Shown in pieces: positions 1 through 10,002 of a stretch of 64,000 nt of DNA. Below the pieces are notes generated by a model that was given only the letters and a program-made list of their open reading frames with translations, had not been told where the DNA came from and did no database searches. How positions within the stretch are numbered: the stretch's first letter is position 1; each line of letters opens with the position of its first letter. Source of the stretch: Candidatus Cryptoclostridium obscurum. GTDB lineage: Bacteria; Bacillota; Dehalobacteriia; UBA7702. The stretch lies in the NCBI GenBank assembly GCA_904420535.1, contig CAJFVQ010000019.1, positions 18,989 through 82,988 on the forward strand, read 5' to 3'. The position numbers and the translations under genes were made by a program.

Positions 1-216
1 GTAACAATCCAGGACGGAAAAGTTTTTGTGAACGGGAAGGCCGTAAACGAAGTTTATCTGACACAGGACATTTTTACTGAGGGCAATGAAGAGGAAATCA
101 GCGTTCCCCAGGGCAGTATTTACCTTTTAGGCGACAATCGTGAAGAATCAGTGGATTCCCGGGAACTGGGGTTATTTTCGCAAGATGATATTTTTGGAAT
201 CATACTTTGGAAATAG
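1..216 (+). CDS. lepB: Signal peptidase I, C-terminal fragment; the gene starts upstream of the window
   Basis: The frame is open from base 1. The C-terminal motif GDNREESVDSRELG matches the conserved SPase I box (GDNRxxSxDSR). Confidence 0.75.
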   Translation, partial: VTIQDGKVFVNGKAVNEVYLTQDIFTEGNEEEISVPQGSIYLLGDNREESVDSRELGLFSQDDIFGIILWK

Positions 217-334
217 AAATATTATTTTTACCTATGAACATGAAAAAAGCCAAGATTTTGCTTGCATTTTCATACCCCATGAGGTATAATTGATTCGATA
301 AAAAAGAAATATACAATCTGGACGGCGCAATTTT

Positions 335-510
335 GCTTAATAGGAAAACAGGCCAATCCTGTACTGTCCCAGCAACCGTGCTACAGACGAAAAGACATAG
401 CCCACTGTTTTTGTGAGAAAATGGGAAGGGGTCTTAGTAGGATGAAGTTAAGTCGGTAGACCTGCCGTTCACTGTTTCTCCTGGGTAGAGTTTATGTCAA
501 TTTTGCATGC
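335..510 (+). promoter_or_regulatory. Cobalamin (AdoCbl) riboswitch aptamer in the 5' leader of the cbi operon
   Basis: Conserved elements are present: a B12-box-like AAGTCGGTAGACCTGCC, then GCCCACTG, GGGAAGG and AATCCTG. It lies immediately upstream of cbiP/cobQ. Confidence 0.75.
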
Positions 511-518
511 GCATGATT

Positions 519-546
519 ACCCGCCCGGGATGGGCGGTTTTTTTAT
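519..546 (+). terminator. Riboswitch expression-platform terminator (attenuator)
   Basis: GC-rich hairpin CCCGCCCGGGATGGGCGG followed by TTTTTTT, located between the aptamer and the first gene. Confidence 0.6.
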
Positions 547-597
547 GAAATCACAGGAGATGAAAACAATCAATATTGTTTTAGGAGGTACCATGTC

Positions 598-2088
598 GTG
601 AAAGGAATTATGATTCAAGGATGTTCCAGTGATGCGGGAAAAAGCTATGTGGCGACCGCCATCTGCCGCATCCTGAAAGATATGGGCTATAAAGTTTCAC
701 CATTCAAAAGCCAAAATATGTCCAACAATTCCTATGTTACCTGGGACGGAGGAGAAATCGGCCGCGCACAAGGGGTCCAGGCCGAAGCCGCGGGCGTTCG
801 GGCGGAAACCTATATGAATCCCATTTTACTGAAACCGCAAAAAGATTCCGGTTCTGAAATCGTTCTCTTCGGGGAAGTATTCAAGACATTATCGGGGAAG
901 GACTACCATGACGATTTTACCATGACTGACGGAATCGCGGCAGTACGCAAGGGGTTAAAAATTATCGAAGATCAATACGATGTCATCGTCATTGAAGGGG
1001 CCGGGAGCCCCGCGGAAGTCAATCTCAATGATAAAGAGATCGTCAATATGCGCATTGCGGAAGAAGCCGATGTTCCCGTCCTCCTGGTAGTAGACATCAA
1101 CCGCGGCGGTTCCTTCGCTTCCATTGTGGGCACCTTAGAACTGGTAGGAAAAGATCGGGAACGAGTCAAAGGCCTGATTTTCAACCAATTCCGCGGAGAT
1201 CTTGCCTTATTCGAAGACGGCGTGAAATGGATCGAAGAATATACGGGAATCAAAGTCGTAGGGGTTTTACCCTATCTTCGGGACGTCCATATTGAAGGTG
1301 AAGATTCCCTGAGCATCAATTTCCAGCATACCAGTGGAGCAAAAGAAACCTTAGATATCGGCATTGTACGTTTGCCCTATATTTCCAACCATACAGATAT
1401 GGAAATTTTCCAGTATGAAGCCGATGTCAACATCCGTTTTATTGATGAATTCACTTCCCTCGATAAATTTGACGCAATTATCATCCCCGGTACTAAAAGT
1501 ACCATCGGAGATCTCGAATACATCGAAGGGATCGGCCTCGCCGAAAAACTTAAAACCTTTAACGGCTATATTTTTGGAATCTGCGGAGGCTATCAGATCA
1601 TGGGAGAAGACCTGTTCGATGAAGAAGGGATTGATTTCAAACCCGGCTACCGCAAACAGGGATTGGGCCTCCTACCTTTGAGCACTCACTTCCAGCGCCA
1701 GAAGGAAGTCGGTCAAGTGACTGCTCGGGGGATCCATCCCTTGGCCCAGGATTTGGAAGTAACGGGCTATGAAATCCATCTGGGCCGCACCGAAAAGAAG
1801 AACGATACGGTCTCCCCCTTGTGGATGATCGGAGATCGTCCCGATGGAGCGGCCACAGCCGATATGAAGCGTGCAGGTTCCTACCTTCACAACGTATTTC
1901 ACAACGACAATTTCAGAACAGCCTGGCTGAATATGATCCGTCGCCACAAAGGTATTCCCCAACGAGAGATGGTGGACACCATGGCTTACAAAGAAGCGCA
2001 ATATACAAAATTGGGGAATTATGCTAGAGAATACCTGGATGTGGACTACATCATGTCCCTCATTAACGGCAAAGAGGGAGAAAAATAA
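598..2088 (+). CDS. cbiP: Cobyric acid synthase
   Basis: The N-terminus MIQGCSSDAGKSYVATAICR is typical of CobQ/CbiP. GTG start with GGAGG 9 nt upstream. Length 496 aa. Confidence 0.9.
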   Translation: MKGIMIQGCSSDAGKSYVATAICRILKDMGYKVSPFKSQNMSNNSYVTWDGGEIGRAQGVQAEAAGVRAETYMNPILLKPQKDSGSEIVLFGEVFKTLSGKDYHDDFTMTDGIAAVRKGLKIIEDQYDVIVIEGAGSPAEVNLNDKEIVNMRIAEEADVPVLLVVDINRGGSFASIVGTLELVGKDRERVKGLIFNQFRGDLALFEDGVKWIEEYTGIKVVGVLPYLRDVHIEGEDSLSINFQHTSGAKETLDIGIVRLPYISNHTDMEIFQYEADVNIRFIDEFTSLDKFDAIIIPGTKSTIGDLEYIEGIGLAEKLKTFNGYIFGICGGYQIMGEDLFDEEGIDFKPGYRKQGLGLLPLSTHFQRQKEVGQVTARGIHPLAQDLEVTGYEIHLGRTEKKNDTVSPLWMIGDRPDGAATADMKRAGSYLHNVFHNDNFRTAWLNMIRRHKGIPQREMVDTMAYKEAQYTKLGNYAREYLDVDYIMSLINGKEGEK

Positions 2089-3032
2089 TGCTCGTCTACA
2101 TCAGCGCAATCATTGACTTTTTTCTGGGCGACCCCAAGGGCTTTCCCCACCCCATTATTTTAGTGGGGAAACTGATTTCTCTTTACGAGAAAATTTTCTA
2201 CCGCGGTAATCGAAAGATCATGGGATTTCTTTTTACAGCAGCGGTTTTAGTCACGGTCGGCGGCGTTTTGGCTCTGATCCTTTGGATCGCCTCCCATTGG
2301 CAGATCCTTTATTGGATTATATCGATTTACTTCATGTATACGGCATTGGCATGGCGCTCCTTAAAAAAGGAAACGGGGTATGTTTTTACAGCATTGGAAC
2401 GCAACAATATTCCCCTGGCAAGGAAGAAGCTGTCTTATGTCGTGGGAAGAGATACCCAAAACCTTGATGAGGAAAAAATCCTCAAGGCCACCATTGAAAC
2501 CTTTGGCGAAAACACCATAGACGGCGTGCTTGCCCCGATGTTCTATATGATGATTGGCTATTTCCTGGGCTGGCCTGTGATTTTTGTCTATCTTTATAAG
2601 ACCATCAATACTTTAGATTCTATGGTGGGATACAAAAACGAAAAATACGCTGACTTTGGTTTTTGTTCCGCCAAATTGGACGATATCGTCAATTGGATTC
2701 CTTCCCGTCTTGGATCTTTATTGATGTTAGCCGCGGGAACAATTTTGGGCTACGACGGCAAAAACGGTTTTCGTATTTGGAAGCGGGATCGTTACGCCCA
2801 CAAAAGTCCCAATAGCGCCCAGTCGGAAAGCGTCATCGCTGGGCTCCTGGGATTGCAGCTCGGAGGACCCAATTACTATTTCGGGCAGCTTGTGGTAAAA
2901 CCCACCATCGGCGATGAGCTCAGAAAACCCGTTGCCAAAGACTATTTGCGCTGTTGTCGCATCCTTGATGTAAGTGTTCTATTTACTTTGCTGATATTTA
3001 CCGTATGCTACATTACTAGCATATTTATTTAA
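2088..3032 (+). CDS. cbiB: Adenosylcobinamide-phosphate synthase (CobD/CbiB family membrane protein)
   Basis: N-terminus AIIDFFLGDPKGFPHPI matches CbiB. ATGA overlap with the cbiP stop. Confidence 0.9.
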   Translation: MLVYISAIIDFFLGDPKGFPHPIILVGKLISLYEKIFYRGNRKIMGFLFTAAVLVTVGGVLALILWIASHWQILYWIISIYFMYTALAWRSLKKETGYVFTALERNNIPLARKKLSYVVGRDTQNLDEEKILKATIETFGENTIDGVLAPMFYMMIGYFLGWPVIFVYLYKTINTLDSMVGYKNEKYADFGFCSAKLDDIVNWIPSRLGSLLMLAAGTILGYDGKNGFRIWKRDRYAHKSPNSAQSESVIAGLLGLQLGGPNYYFGQLVVKPTIGDELRKPVAKDYLRCCRILDVSVLFTLLIFTVCYITSIFI

Positions 3033-3052
3033 ACGGAATCAACGGAGGTCGC

Positions 3053-3697
3053 ATGAATAAAATGGACAAAATTACCATTATTGAACCAAAATCCATTGAA
3101 ACAAGAAGTTTTGAAATTATTACGGAAATCCTCGGTGACCGCGTATTTCCCCAAGAGCAACAAGGCATTATCAAACGGGTGATTCACACCAGCGCTGATT
3201 TTGATTATGCCGATAATCTCGTTTTTGGCAATGACGCCGTCAAAGCCGCGATGAAAGCGTTCCAAAAAGGATGCACCGTTTACACTGACACCAGAATGGC
3301 TTATTCCGGTATCAATCAAACGAATTTGGCAAAGTTCAATTCCCAAAAGGAATGTTACATCGATCACCCGGAAGTGGCGGAAGAAGCGAAAAAACGCGGC
3401 GTAACCAGGGCGACGGTATCTATGGAAAAAGCCGCCAAAGATGAAGGCCACAAAATCTTTGCCATCGGCAACGCACCCACCGCATTGATCGCCCTCTATG
3501 AAATGGTCAAAGAGGGAACCTTGAAACCCGACCTTATTATCGGCGTGCCCGTAGGCTTCGTCAATGTCGTAGAATCAAAAGAATTGCTGATGGAATTGGA
3601 TGTTCCTTACATCGTAGCAAAGGGAAGAAAAGGCGGCAGCAATGTGGCGGCTGCCATTGTCAATGCCATTATGCTGGAAGGTCTGAAACAGGCATGA
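3053..3697 (+). CDS. cbiC: Cobalt-precorrin-8 methylmutase
   Basis: 214 aa with CbiC/CobH-like sequence, located inside the cbi operon. Confidence 0.85.
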   Translation: MNKMDKITIIEPKSIETRSFEIITEILGDRVFPQEQQGIIKRVIHTSADFDYADNLVFGNDAVKAAMKAFQKGCTVYTDTRMAYSGINQTNLAKFNSQKECYIDHPEVAEEAKKRGVTRATVSMEKAAKDEGHKIFAIGNAPTALIALYEMVKEGTLKPDLIIGVPVGFVNVVESKELLMELDVPYIVAKGRKGGSNVAAAIVNAIMLEGLKQA

Positions 3698-4812
3698 CGG
3701 AAGAATATATCAGATTTGGTAATAAAAAACTGAGAAAGGGGTTTACCACCGGCACCAGTGCCGCCGGAGCGGCCAAGGCTGCGGCAGCCATGGCGCTCAC
3801 CGGCAAACTCATCGATTCCGTTGAAATCGCTTTGCCCGACGGACGGATGATTTCCCGTCCCCTCTCCCAACGTGAATTGACGGCAAAGGGGGCAAAGGCA
3901 GCCATTACCAAAGACGGCGGTGATGACCCTGATATTACCACAGGACTCGATATTTTTGCCGAAGTTACCGTCGACGATACCGGCGAGATCAAACTCCTCG
4001 GTGGCGAAGGCGTGGGACGGGTTACCTTAAAAGGCTTGAAGATCCCTGTGGGAGAAGCGGCTATCAACCCAGTACCGCGCTCCATGATTCGTCAAAATGT
4101 CCGTGCCGTGCTGCCCGAGGGATACGGAGCATCCGTCACTATTTCCGTTCCCGGCGGTGAGGAAATCGCGAAACGCACCTTTAACCCCAGATTGGGCATT
4201 GTCGGAGGTATCTCTATTTTAGGAAGTACCGGTATTGTCAATCCCATGTCCGAAGACGCCTTAAAGGAAAGCCTCAGCCTAGAATTAAAAATCCTTACCA
4301 GCAAAGGTTATGATGAAATCATCTTCGCCTTCGGCAATTATGGATTGCAATATTTAAAAGACGCAGGGATTCCCAATGACCGAGTCATAAAAACCAGCAA
4401 TTATATTGGGTTTATGTTGGAGGAAGCTATGGATCAGGGGGTAAAGCGGATTTTACTCTCCGGCCATATTGGAAAAATGGTAAAAGTCGCCGGGGGTATT
4501 TTTAATACTCACAGCCGTAAAGCCGACTGCCGCATGGAGATACTCACCGCTTATGCTGCATTGGAAGGCGCTTCCCAGGAAACAATCATGGAAATTTATG
4601 AAGGAAAGACTACCACGGCGGCGGTGGAAGTCATTGAACGGGAACACCTTACGGGAATCTATCAAAGAATTGTAAACAATGCCGTACGGCGTTGTCAGAA
4701 TTACACTTACCAGGAAATTGAGTTCGGCGCTGTACTTTTTGGAGACGAAAGCCGACTGCTCTATATGGATGAAAAGGCCAAAGAGTTTATAAAGGAGTTT
4801 CAAAAGAAATGA
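3694..4812 (+). CDS. cbiD: Cobalt-precorrin-5B (C1)-methyltransferase
   Basis: The FTTGTSAAGAAKAAA motif and a length of 372 aa are typical of CbiD. Confidence 0.85.
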   Translation: MTEEYIRFGNKKLRKGFTTGTSAAGAAKAAAAMALTGKLIDSVEIALPDGRMISRPLSQRELTAKGAKAAITKDGGDDPDITTGLDIFAEVTVDDTGEIKLLGGEGVGRVTLKGLKIPVGEAAINPVPRSMIRQNVRAVLPEGYGASVTISVPGGEEIAKRTFNPRLGIVGGISILGSTGIVNPMSEDALKESLSLELKILTSKGYDEIIFAFGNYGLQYLKDAGIPNDRVIKTSNYIGFMLEEAMDQGVKRILLSGHIGKMVKVAGGIFNTHSRKADCRMEILTAYAALEGASQETIMEIYEGKTTTAAVEVIEREHLTGIYQRIVNNAVRRCQNYTYQEIEFGAVLFGDESRLLYMDEKAKEFIKEFQKK

Positions 4813-6026
4813 GCGGAAAGACACCTTATATTGTAGGGATCGGCCCGGGAAACCATGAATATATTTATCCCCTGGCCCAAAAGGCCATTGAAGGCGCCGA
4901 TGTGCTCATCGGTGGCAAACGAAATTTGGAAGAATTTGCCTATCTAAAAAAGGAAACCGTGGTCATCGACGGGAAACTGGCTCCCGTCGTAGCCTTGATT
5001 GAACAACAATGGCAGGAAAAGTCCATCGTTGTGTTGGCTTCGGGAGATACGGGACTTTTCAGCATCCGCGCATATCTTCAAAAAAAATTGCCGAAAATCC
5101 CTTTTACCGTATTGCCCGGCATCAGTTCCTTACAATACCTCATAGCCAAATGCAATGTCAATCTCAATGATTTGAAGATCATTACCCTTCATGGCAATCA
5201 TGAAGTCAACCTTCGGGATACGGTAGCCCGTAACCCGGTAACTGCGATTTTTACCGGCGGTAGCAACAGCCCCCAGGCCATTGCCGCAAGATTAGCTACC
5301 ATGAACTTTGCCAAACTCAGCGTCACTGTAGGGGAAAATCTCTCCTACCCCAATGAAGTACTTGTCACGGATACGCCGGAGGCCATCGCTAAAATGCATT
5401 TCGGCGATCTCAGTTTGATGCTCGTAAAAAACAACGCCGTCGATGAACGCCCTTGGCCCTACCATACTATGGGGTTGCCCGATGAAAGTTTTCTTCGGGA
5501 TGAAGTCCCCATGACCAAGAGTGAGATTCGGGCGATCATTTCATCGAAATTACGCTTGAAAGCCGATTCCAAAGTCTTGGAAATCGGCGCTGGAACAGGT
5601 TCCGTCACCATTGAGGCCGCTTTGACGGTTCACGAAGGCCACGTTTGGGCGTTGGAAAAAAATCCGGCTGCCGTAGAATTATGTAAAAAGAATATCGAGC
5701 GCTTTTGTCTCGACAACGTTACCTTAATCGAAGGTACGGCGCCGGAAGCTATCCCTTCCCTCTCGGATCTTGACGCCATTTTTATCGGCGGTAGCGGCGG
5801 CAATATGAAAAACATTATCGAAGTGTTTGGCAGTGCTCCCGTAAGATTAGTAGTTTCCGCTATTACAGTAGAGTCTGTCGCCGAAGCCCTGGACGCAATG
5901 AAAGAATTTGGCTTTGAAGGTATTGAAATCGTCCAAGCTGCTGTGGCGCGGAGCAAAAGAGCAGGCAGCAAACATCTTATGATGGGAATGAACCCCATTA
6001 CCATTCTATCAGGAGAACGAAAATGA
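4809..6026 (+). CDS. cbiET: Cobalt-precorrin-6B C5,C15-methyltransferase/decarboxylase; CbiE-CbiT fusion
   Basis: The N-terminal half has tetrapyrrole methylase signature YIVGIGPGN. The C-terminal half has SAM-MTase motif EIGAGTGSVTIEAA, as in CbiT. Confidence 0.85.
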   Translation: MSGKTPYIVGIGPGNHEYIYPLAQKAIEGADVLIGGKRNLEEFAYLKKETVVIDGKLAPVVALIEQQWQEKSIVVLASGDTGLFSIRAYLQKKLPKIPFTVLPGISSLQYLIAKCNVNLNDLKIITLHGNHEVNLRDTVARNPVTAIFTGGSNSPQAIAARLATMNFAKLSVTVGENLSYPNEVLVTDTPEAIAKMHFGDLSLMLVKNNAVDERPWPYHTMGLPDESFLRDEVPMTKSEIRAIISSKLRLKADSKVLEIGAGTGSVTIEAALTVHEGHVWALEKNPAAVELCKKNIERFCLDNVTLIEGTAPEAIPSLSDLDAIFIGGSGGNMKNIIEVFGSAPVRLVVSAITVESVAEALDAMKEFGFEGIEIVQAAVARSKRAGSKHLMMGMNPITILSGERK

Positions 6027-7099
6027 AAACTGCTGTCATCGCTTTGACAAAAAACGGCTGCAAAACAGCATTGCTACTCCATCGCGAACTCGAAAAAGAA
6101 AGCGAAGTATCCGTCTTTTTGAAAGACACCGCGGCACCGATCTCCCTTGAAAAAAATAAAAATATTCACGTTTTTCCGCAGAAATTAAAGGACTTGATCG
6201 CGACGATCTATGCGGAATTCGATGCTTATATCATGGTCATGGCCACGGGGATCGTATTTCGCACCTTCGCGCCGTATATAGAGCATAAAACCATCGACCC
6301 TGCCATCGTCGTCATGGACGAAAAGGCGCAATTTTGTATCAGTCTGTTAAGCGGCCATCTCGGCGGAGCCAATGCATTGGCCCAACAGGTGGCAACAATG
6401 ATGGGTGCAACCCCGGTGATCACCACAGCCACCGATGTAAACGGTCTCATCGCCTTTGACAATGTAGCCAAAGCAAATGACTGCGCCATTGAAAATATCG
6501 ACGCGTTGCCTCATATCAGCGGCGCCATGGTTAACGGTGAAACCGTTGGCCTAAAAAGCGACATTCCCATCGAAAACTTACGTTCTGGAGATACGCAGAC
6601 TTTCTTTCTTATCAATGAACACGGTGACAATATTTGTAAAAATAACGTAATCATTAGCAACAGCCTATCAGGTCCTTTGGGCGAGCATACGCTGTATCTC
6701 CGTCCCCGCAACCTGGTTCTTGGCGTCGGCTGTCGAAAAAATACGCCTTTCGAGCAGTTGAATGATGCACTGTTAGATTTTTTGAGAGTGAAGGGATATT
6801 CTCTGCTTTCCCTCCGCGCTATGGCCTCCATCGACTTGAAAAAGAACGAAAAAGGCCTTTTGGAATTGGCGCAAACCTATCGACTCCCCTTCCTCACCTT
6901 TACCAATGAGGAATTGAAACATGTGGGAAACGTCACCGGGACTTCCGCTTTTGTGGAGAAAGTGACGGGAACCCCCAGCGTTTCCCAGGCTGCAGCATTG
7001 ACGGCATCCAACGGCGGAAAGACCATAGTAGAAAAAACGATTTATCCCGGCATCACCTTCAGTCTTGCTGAGGAACCCTTTACGATTACCATTTCATAA
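6023..7099 (+). CDS. cbiG: Cobalt-precorrin-5A hydrolase
   Basis: 358 aa, sits between cbiET and cbiH, CbiG-like. Confidence 0.75.
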   Translation: MKTAVIALTKNGCKTALLLHRELEKESEVSVFLKDTAAPISLEKNKNIHVFPQKLKDLIATIYAEFDAYIMVMATGIVFRTFAPYIEHKTIDPAIVVMDEKAQFCISLLSGHLGGANALAQQVATMMGATPVITTATDVNGLIAFDNVAKANDCAIENIDALPHISGAMVNGETVGLKSDIPIENLRSGDTQTFFLINEHGDNICKNNVIISNSLSGPLGEHTLYLRPRNLVLGVGCRKNTPFEQLNDALLDFLRVKGYSLLSLRAMASIDLKKNEKGLLELAQTYRLPFLTFTNEELKHVGNVTGTSAFVEKVTGTPSVSQAAALTASNGGKTIVEKTIYPGITFSLAEEPFTITIS

Positions 7100-7113
7100 A
7101 AAGGAGATTCACC

Positions 7114-7857
7114 ATGCAAAAATTCTATGTCATCGGGATCGGCCCCGGCGCCCCCGAAGAAATGACGATTCGAGCGAAACAAGCCCTGGCAGAAGCCGAC
7201 ATTATTGCCGGTTACGGAACCTATATCGACTTAGTAAAACCTCTGTTTCCGGATAAAGAATACTTACAAAACGGTATGACAGGCGAAATCAAACGCTGCC
7301 AACTTGCATTGGAAAAGGCCAAAGAGGGAAAGACTGTGGCCATGGTCAGCAGCGGCGACTCCGGAATCTACGGTATGGCAGGCCTTGTTTTAGAGTTGGC
7401 CCAAGGAATGGAGATTGATGTGGAAACGGTGCCCGGCATTACCGCGGCGGCTTCGGGGGCATCCCTGTTGGGAGCTCCTTTGATGCATGACTTTGCCGTC
7501 ATCAGTTTGAGCGACCGTTTGACCGAATGGGATCTCATCGTCAAACGTTTAAACAATGCCGCAGAAGCCGATTTTATCATCGTCCTTTACAATCCGAGAA
7601 GCAAAGGGCGTCCGGATCATATTGACAGAGCGAGGGAAATCTTTTTACAATATAAGTCAGCGTCCACACCGGTGGGTATTGTAAAGAACATCGGCCGCAC
7701 CGGAGAAACAGTTATTCTTACCACCCTGGGGGAAATGAATATCGAAGATGTGGATATGTTTTCCACTGTATTTATCGGCAACCGTCAAACTTACATCAAA
7801 GACGGTAAGATGATTACCCCCAGAGGTTATCTGGAAAAGAAAGGCAACCATCAATGA
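7114..7857 (+). CDS. cbiH: Cobalt-precorrin-3B C17-methyltransferase
   Basis: YVIGIGPGAPEEMT methylase N-terminus. RBS AAAGGAG upstream. Confidence 0.85.
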   Translation: MQKFYVIGIGPGAPEEMTIRAKQALAEADIIAGYGTYIDLVKPLFPDKEYLQNGMTGEIKRCQLALEKAKEGKTVAMVSSGDSGIYGMAGLVLELAQGMEIDVETVPGITAAASGASLLGAPLMHDFAVISLSDRLTEWDLIVKRLNNAAEADFIIVLYNPRSKGRPDHIDRAREIFLQYKSASTPVGIVKNIGRTGETVILTTLGEMNIEDVDMFSTVFIGNRQTYIKDGKMITPRGYLEKKGNHQ

Positions 7858-8609
7858 CAAAGATCCTCGTCGTTGCCGGTACTGCGGACAGTGTAGAATT
7901 CTTAAAGCAACTTCCCGACTCCGTTACGGCCGTGGCCACGACTTTCAGTCAGCTCGGGGCCAATTGTATCGTACCGCGACAGGGGTTGACCATTGAATCC
8001 GGGGCTTTGGATCAAGAAGGATTTCGATTGCTCCTCCGGGAAAAAAATATTGACTTTCTCGTTGATATGAGTCATCCTTTTGCCGTGGAAGTAAGCCGCA
8101 ATGCCAAAGAGGCCGCAAATAAAGAAAGTGTGCCCTATTTACGTTATGAGCGTGAAACTGTCCAGGACCAACAGGGTATCTGCCGCAGATTTCCCGACTT
8201 CCCCTCTGCCGTCGAGGCGTTAAAAAAAATAGAAGGCAATATTTTTTTGACCATTGGCAGTAAAAACCTCCATTATTTTAAAGCACTGCCCGATTTTGGC
8301 GAGCGATGCTATATGCGAGTCTTGGCAGACAGTCGCATTTTAGCGGAACTGGAAGAAATGAAAATAGATCCCGCTCATATCTTCGCCATGAAAGGGGTCG
8401 CCTCCAAAGAATTAAATATCGCTTTGGCCCGCCAATACGACGCAAAAGTCATAGTCTCCAAAGACAGCGGTATTACCGGCGGGATTGTGGAAAAAATGGA
8501 AGCGGCGTCAGCATTGAAAATCCCCCTGTTCCTTATTGACAAACCGAAGGACAGTGGGATGACTTACGAAAACTTTGCAGAAATTTTTAAAATCATCGGG
8601 AGGAAATAA
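7854..8609 (+). CDS. cbiJ: Cobalt-precorrin-6A reductase
   Basis: 251 aa, CbiJ/CobK-like. ATGA overlap with cbiH. Confidence 0.8.
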   Translation: MTKILVVAGTADSVEFLKQLPDSVTAVATTFSQLGANCIVPRQGLTIESGALDQEGFRLLLREKNIDFLVDMSHPFAVEVSRNAKEAANKESVPYLRYERETVQDQQGICRRFPDFPSAVEALKKIEGNIFLTIGSKNLHYFKALPDFGERCYMRVLADSRILAELEEMKIDPAHIFAMKGVASKELNIALARQYDAKVIVSKDSGITGGIVEKMEAASALKIPLFLIDKPKDSGMTYENFAEIFKIIGRK

Positions 8610-8610
8610 C

Positions 8611-10002
8611 ATGGTCAAGACAGCATTCCTATTGGCAGCAACCCAAAGCAATAGCGGAAAAACAACCATTGCCATGGGACTGATGAAGGCCTTTTGCAAT
8701 ATGGGTCTTAACGTTCAACCATTTAAAGTCGGCCCCGACTATATCGACCCTATGTACCATACAGCCGCCACCGGGAGAAATTCAAGAAATCTTGACAGCT
8801 TTATGCTAGAAGAAGACACCATTCGCTACCTTTTTGAAAAAAACAGCAACGACGCTGATTTGTCTATCGTAGAAGGTGTGATGGGGCTTTATGATGGGCA
8901 AGGTGGGTTCTCTTTAAAAGGCAGTTCCGCCCATATTGCACAACTTTTGGATTTGCCCGTCATTTTAGTGGTCAACGGCAACGGCATGTCCCTTTCTGTA
9001 GCAGCCCTTATCAAAGGCTTCCAAGATTTTTCTCCGGAAACAAAAATTGGCGGCGTCATTTTAAACCAAGTTAAAAACGACAGCGGTTTCATTCATTTAA
9101 AGGAAATCATAGAAACAAACTGTAAGATTCCCGTTTATGGCTATCTGCCAAAAAACCCGCAATTCGCCCTAAACGACCGCCATTTGGGATTGTATTGCAG
9201 CGAAGAGATCAACGACCTTGATGAAAAATTTGAGCGCATCGCCGAGGCGTTGACAGAGCACTGTGATTTAAACCGCTTGCGGGAAGATATGGCACGGGTT
9301 CCCCATGATGCCTCTGCTCCGCCCTTGCCCTCAAAAATCGACGGCAGCGTCACCATCGGTTACGCCAGAGACAGCGCCTTCAATTTTTATTATCGTGACA
9401 GCCTCGATTTACTGGAGGAACTTGGCGCAACGTTAATCCCCTTTAGCCCAATGAAAGACAAATCGCTACCTCCCATGGACGGCGTAATCTTAGGCGGCGG
9501 TTATCCGGAACTGTACTTAGAAGAGTTATCCGCAAACAAATCTTTTTTACGAGATCTCAAAGAAAAGCTGGAGCAAGGATTGCCATGTTTCGCCGAATGC
9601 GGTGGCCTGATCTATCTGGGCAAAACCATGACCATCCACGATAAAACTCACGAATTGACAGGATTTTTCCCCTTTGATTTCACCATGACCGACCGTTTGC
9701 AGCATTTCGGATATATGGAAGCCTCCATTGAAGCGGGAACCCCACTTACCACCGAAGGAGAACTATCCATCCGCGGTCATGAATTTCACTATACAAAAAG
9801 AATCGATACGACGGATTACCCAACGTCTTACAGGGTCACGAAAAAGCGCCGTACCAAGGATGTACATTGGGAAGAAGGATACCGCAAACAAAATGTATTG
9901 GGCGGCTATCCCCATTTCAATTTTTATTCCAACCCACAATGTGCCAAAAATCTTTTGTTGATGGCAAAAGCATACCATAAGGAGAGACTAGACCAAAAAT
10001 GA
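8611..10002 (+). CDS. cbiA: Cobyrinate a,c-diamide synthase
   Basis: N-terminus FLLAATQSNSGKTTIAMGL and a C-terminal glutamine amidotransferase domain. The start is taken at the ATG with a GGGAGG RBS; the ORF-track start at 8575 is an upstream extension. Confidence 0.85.
   Translation: MVKTAFLLAATQSNSGKTTIAMGLMKAFCNMGLNVQPFKVGPDYIDPMYHTAATGRNSRNLDSFMLEEDTIRYLFEKNSNDADLSIVEGVMGLYDGQGGFSLKGSSAHIAQLLDLPVILVVNGNGMSLSVAALIKGFQDFSPETKIGGVILNQVKNDSGFIHLKEIIETNCKIPVYGYLPKNPQFALNDRHLGLYCSEEINDLDEKFERIAEALTEHCDLNRLREDMARVPHDASAPPLPSKIDGSVTIGYARDSAFNFYYRDSLDLLEELGATLIPFSPMKDKSLPPMDGVILGGGYPELYLEELSANKSFLRDLKEKLEQGLPCFAECGGLIYLGKTMTIHDKTHELTGFFPFDFTMTDRLQHFGYMEASIEAGTPLTTEGELSIRGHEFHYTKRIDTTDYPTSYRVTKKRRTKDVHWEEGYRKQNVLGGYPHFNFYSNPQCAKNLLLMAKAYHKERLDQK

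Noticed and set aside
972-2027. ORFs 972..1253(-), 1364..1681(+), 1672..2001(-) and 1821..2027(+) inside cbiP
   Set aside because: They lie fully inside the cobyric acid synthase reading frame on alternate frames or strands. They have no RBS and no homology signal.
8575-8610. Upstream extension of the cbiA ORF; the same type applies to the mtaB ORF at 22387 and the cbiF ORF at 17098
   Set aside because: Each has an internal ATG with a good SD that yields the family-typical N-terminus. The extensions overlap upstream genes or terminators.
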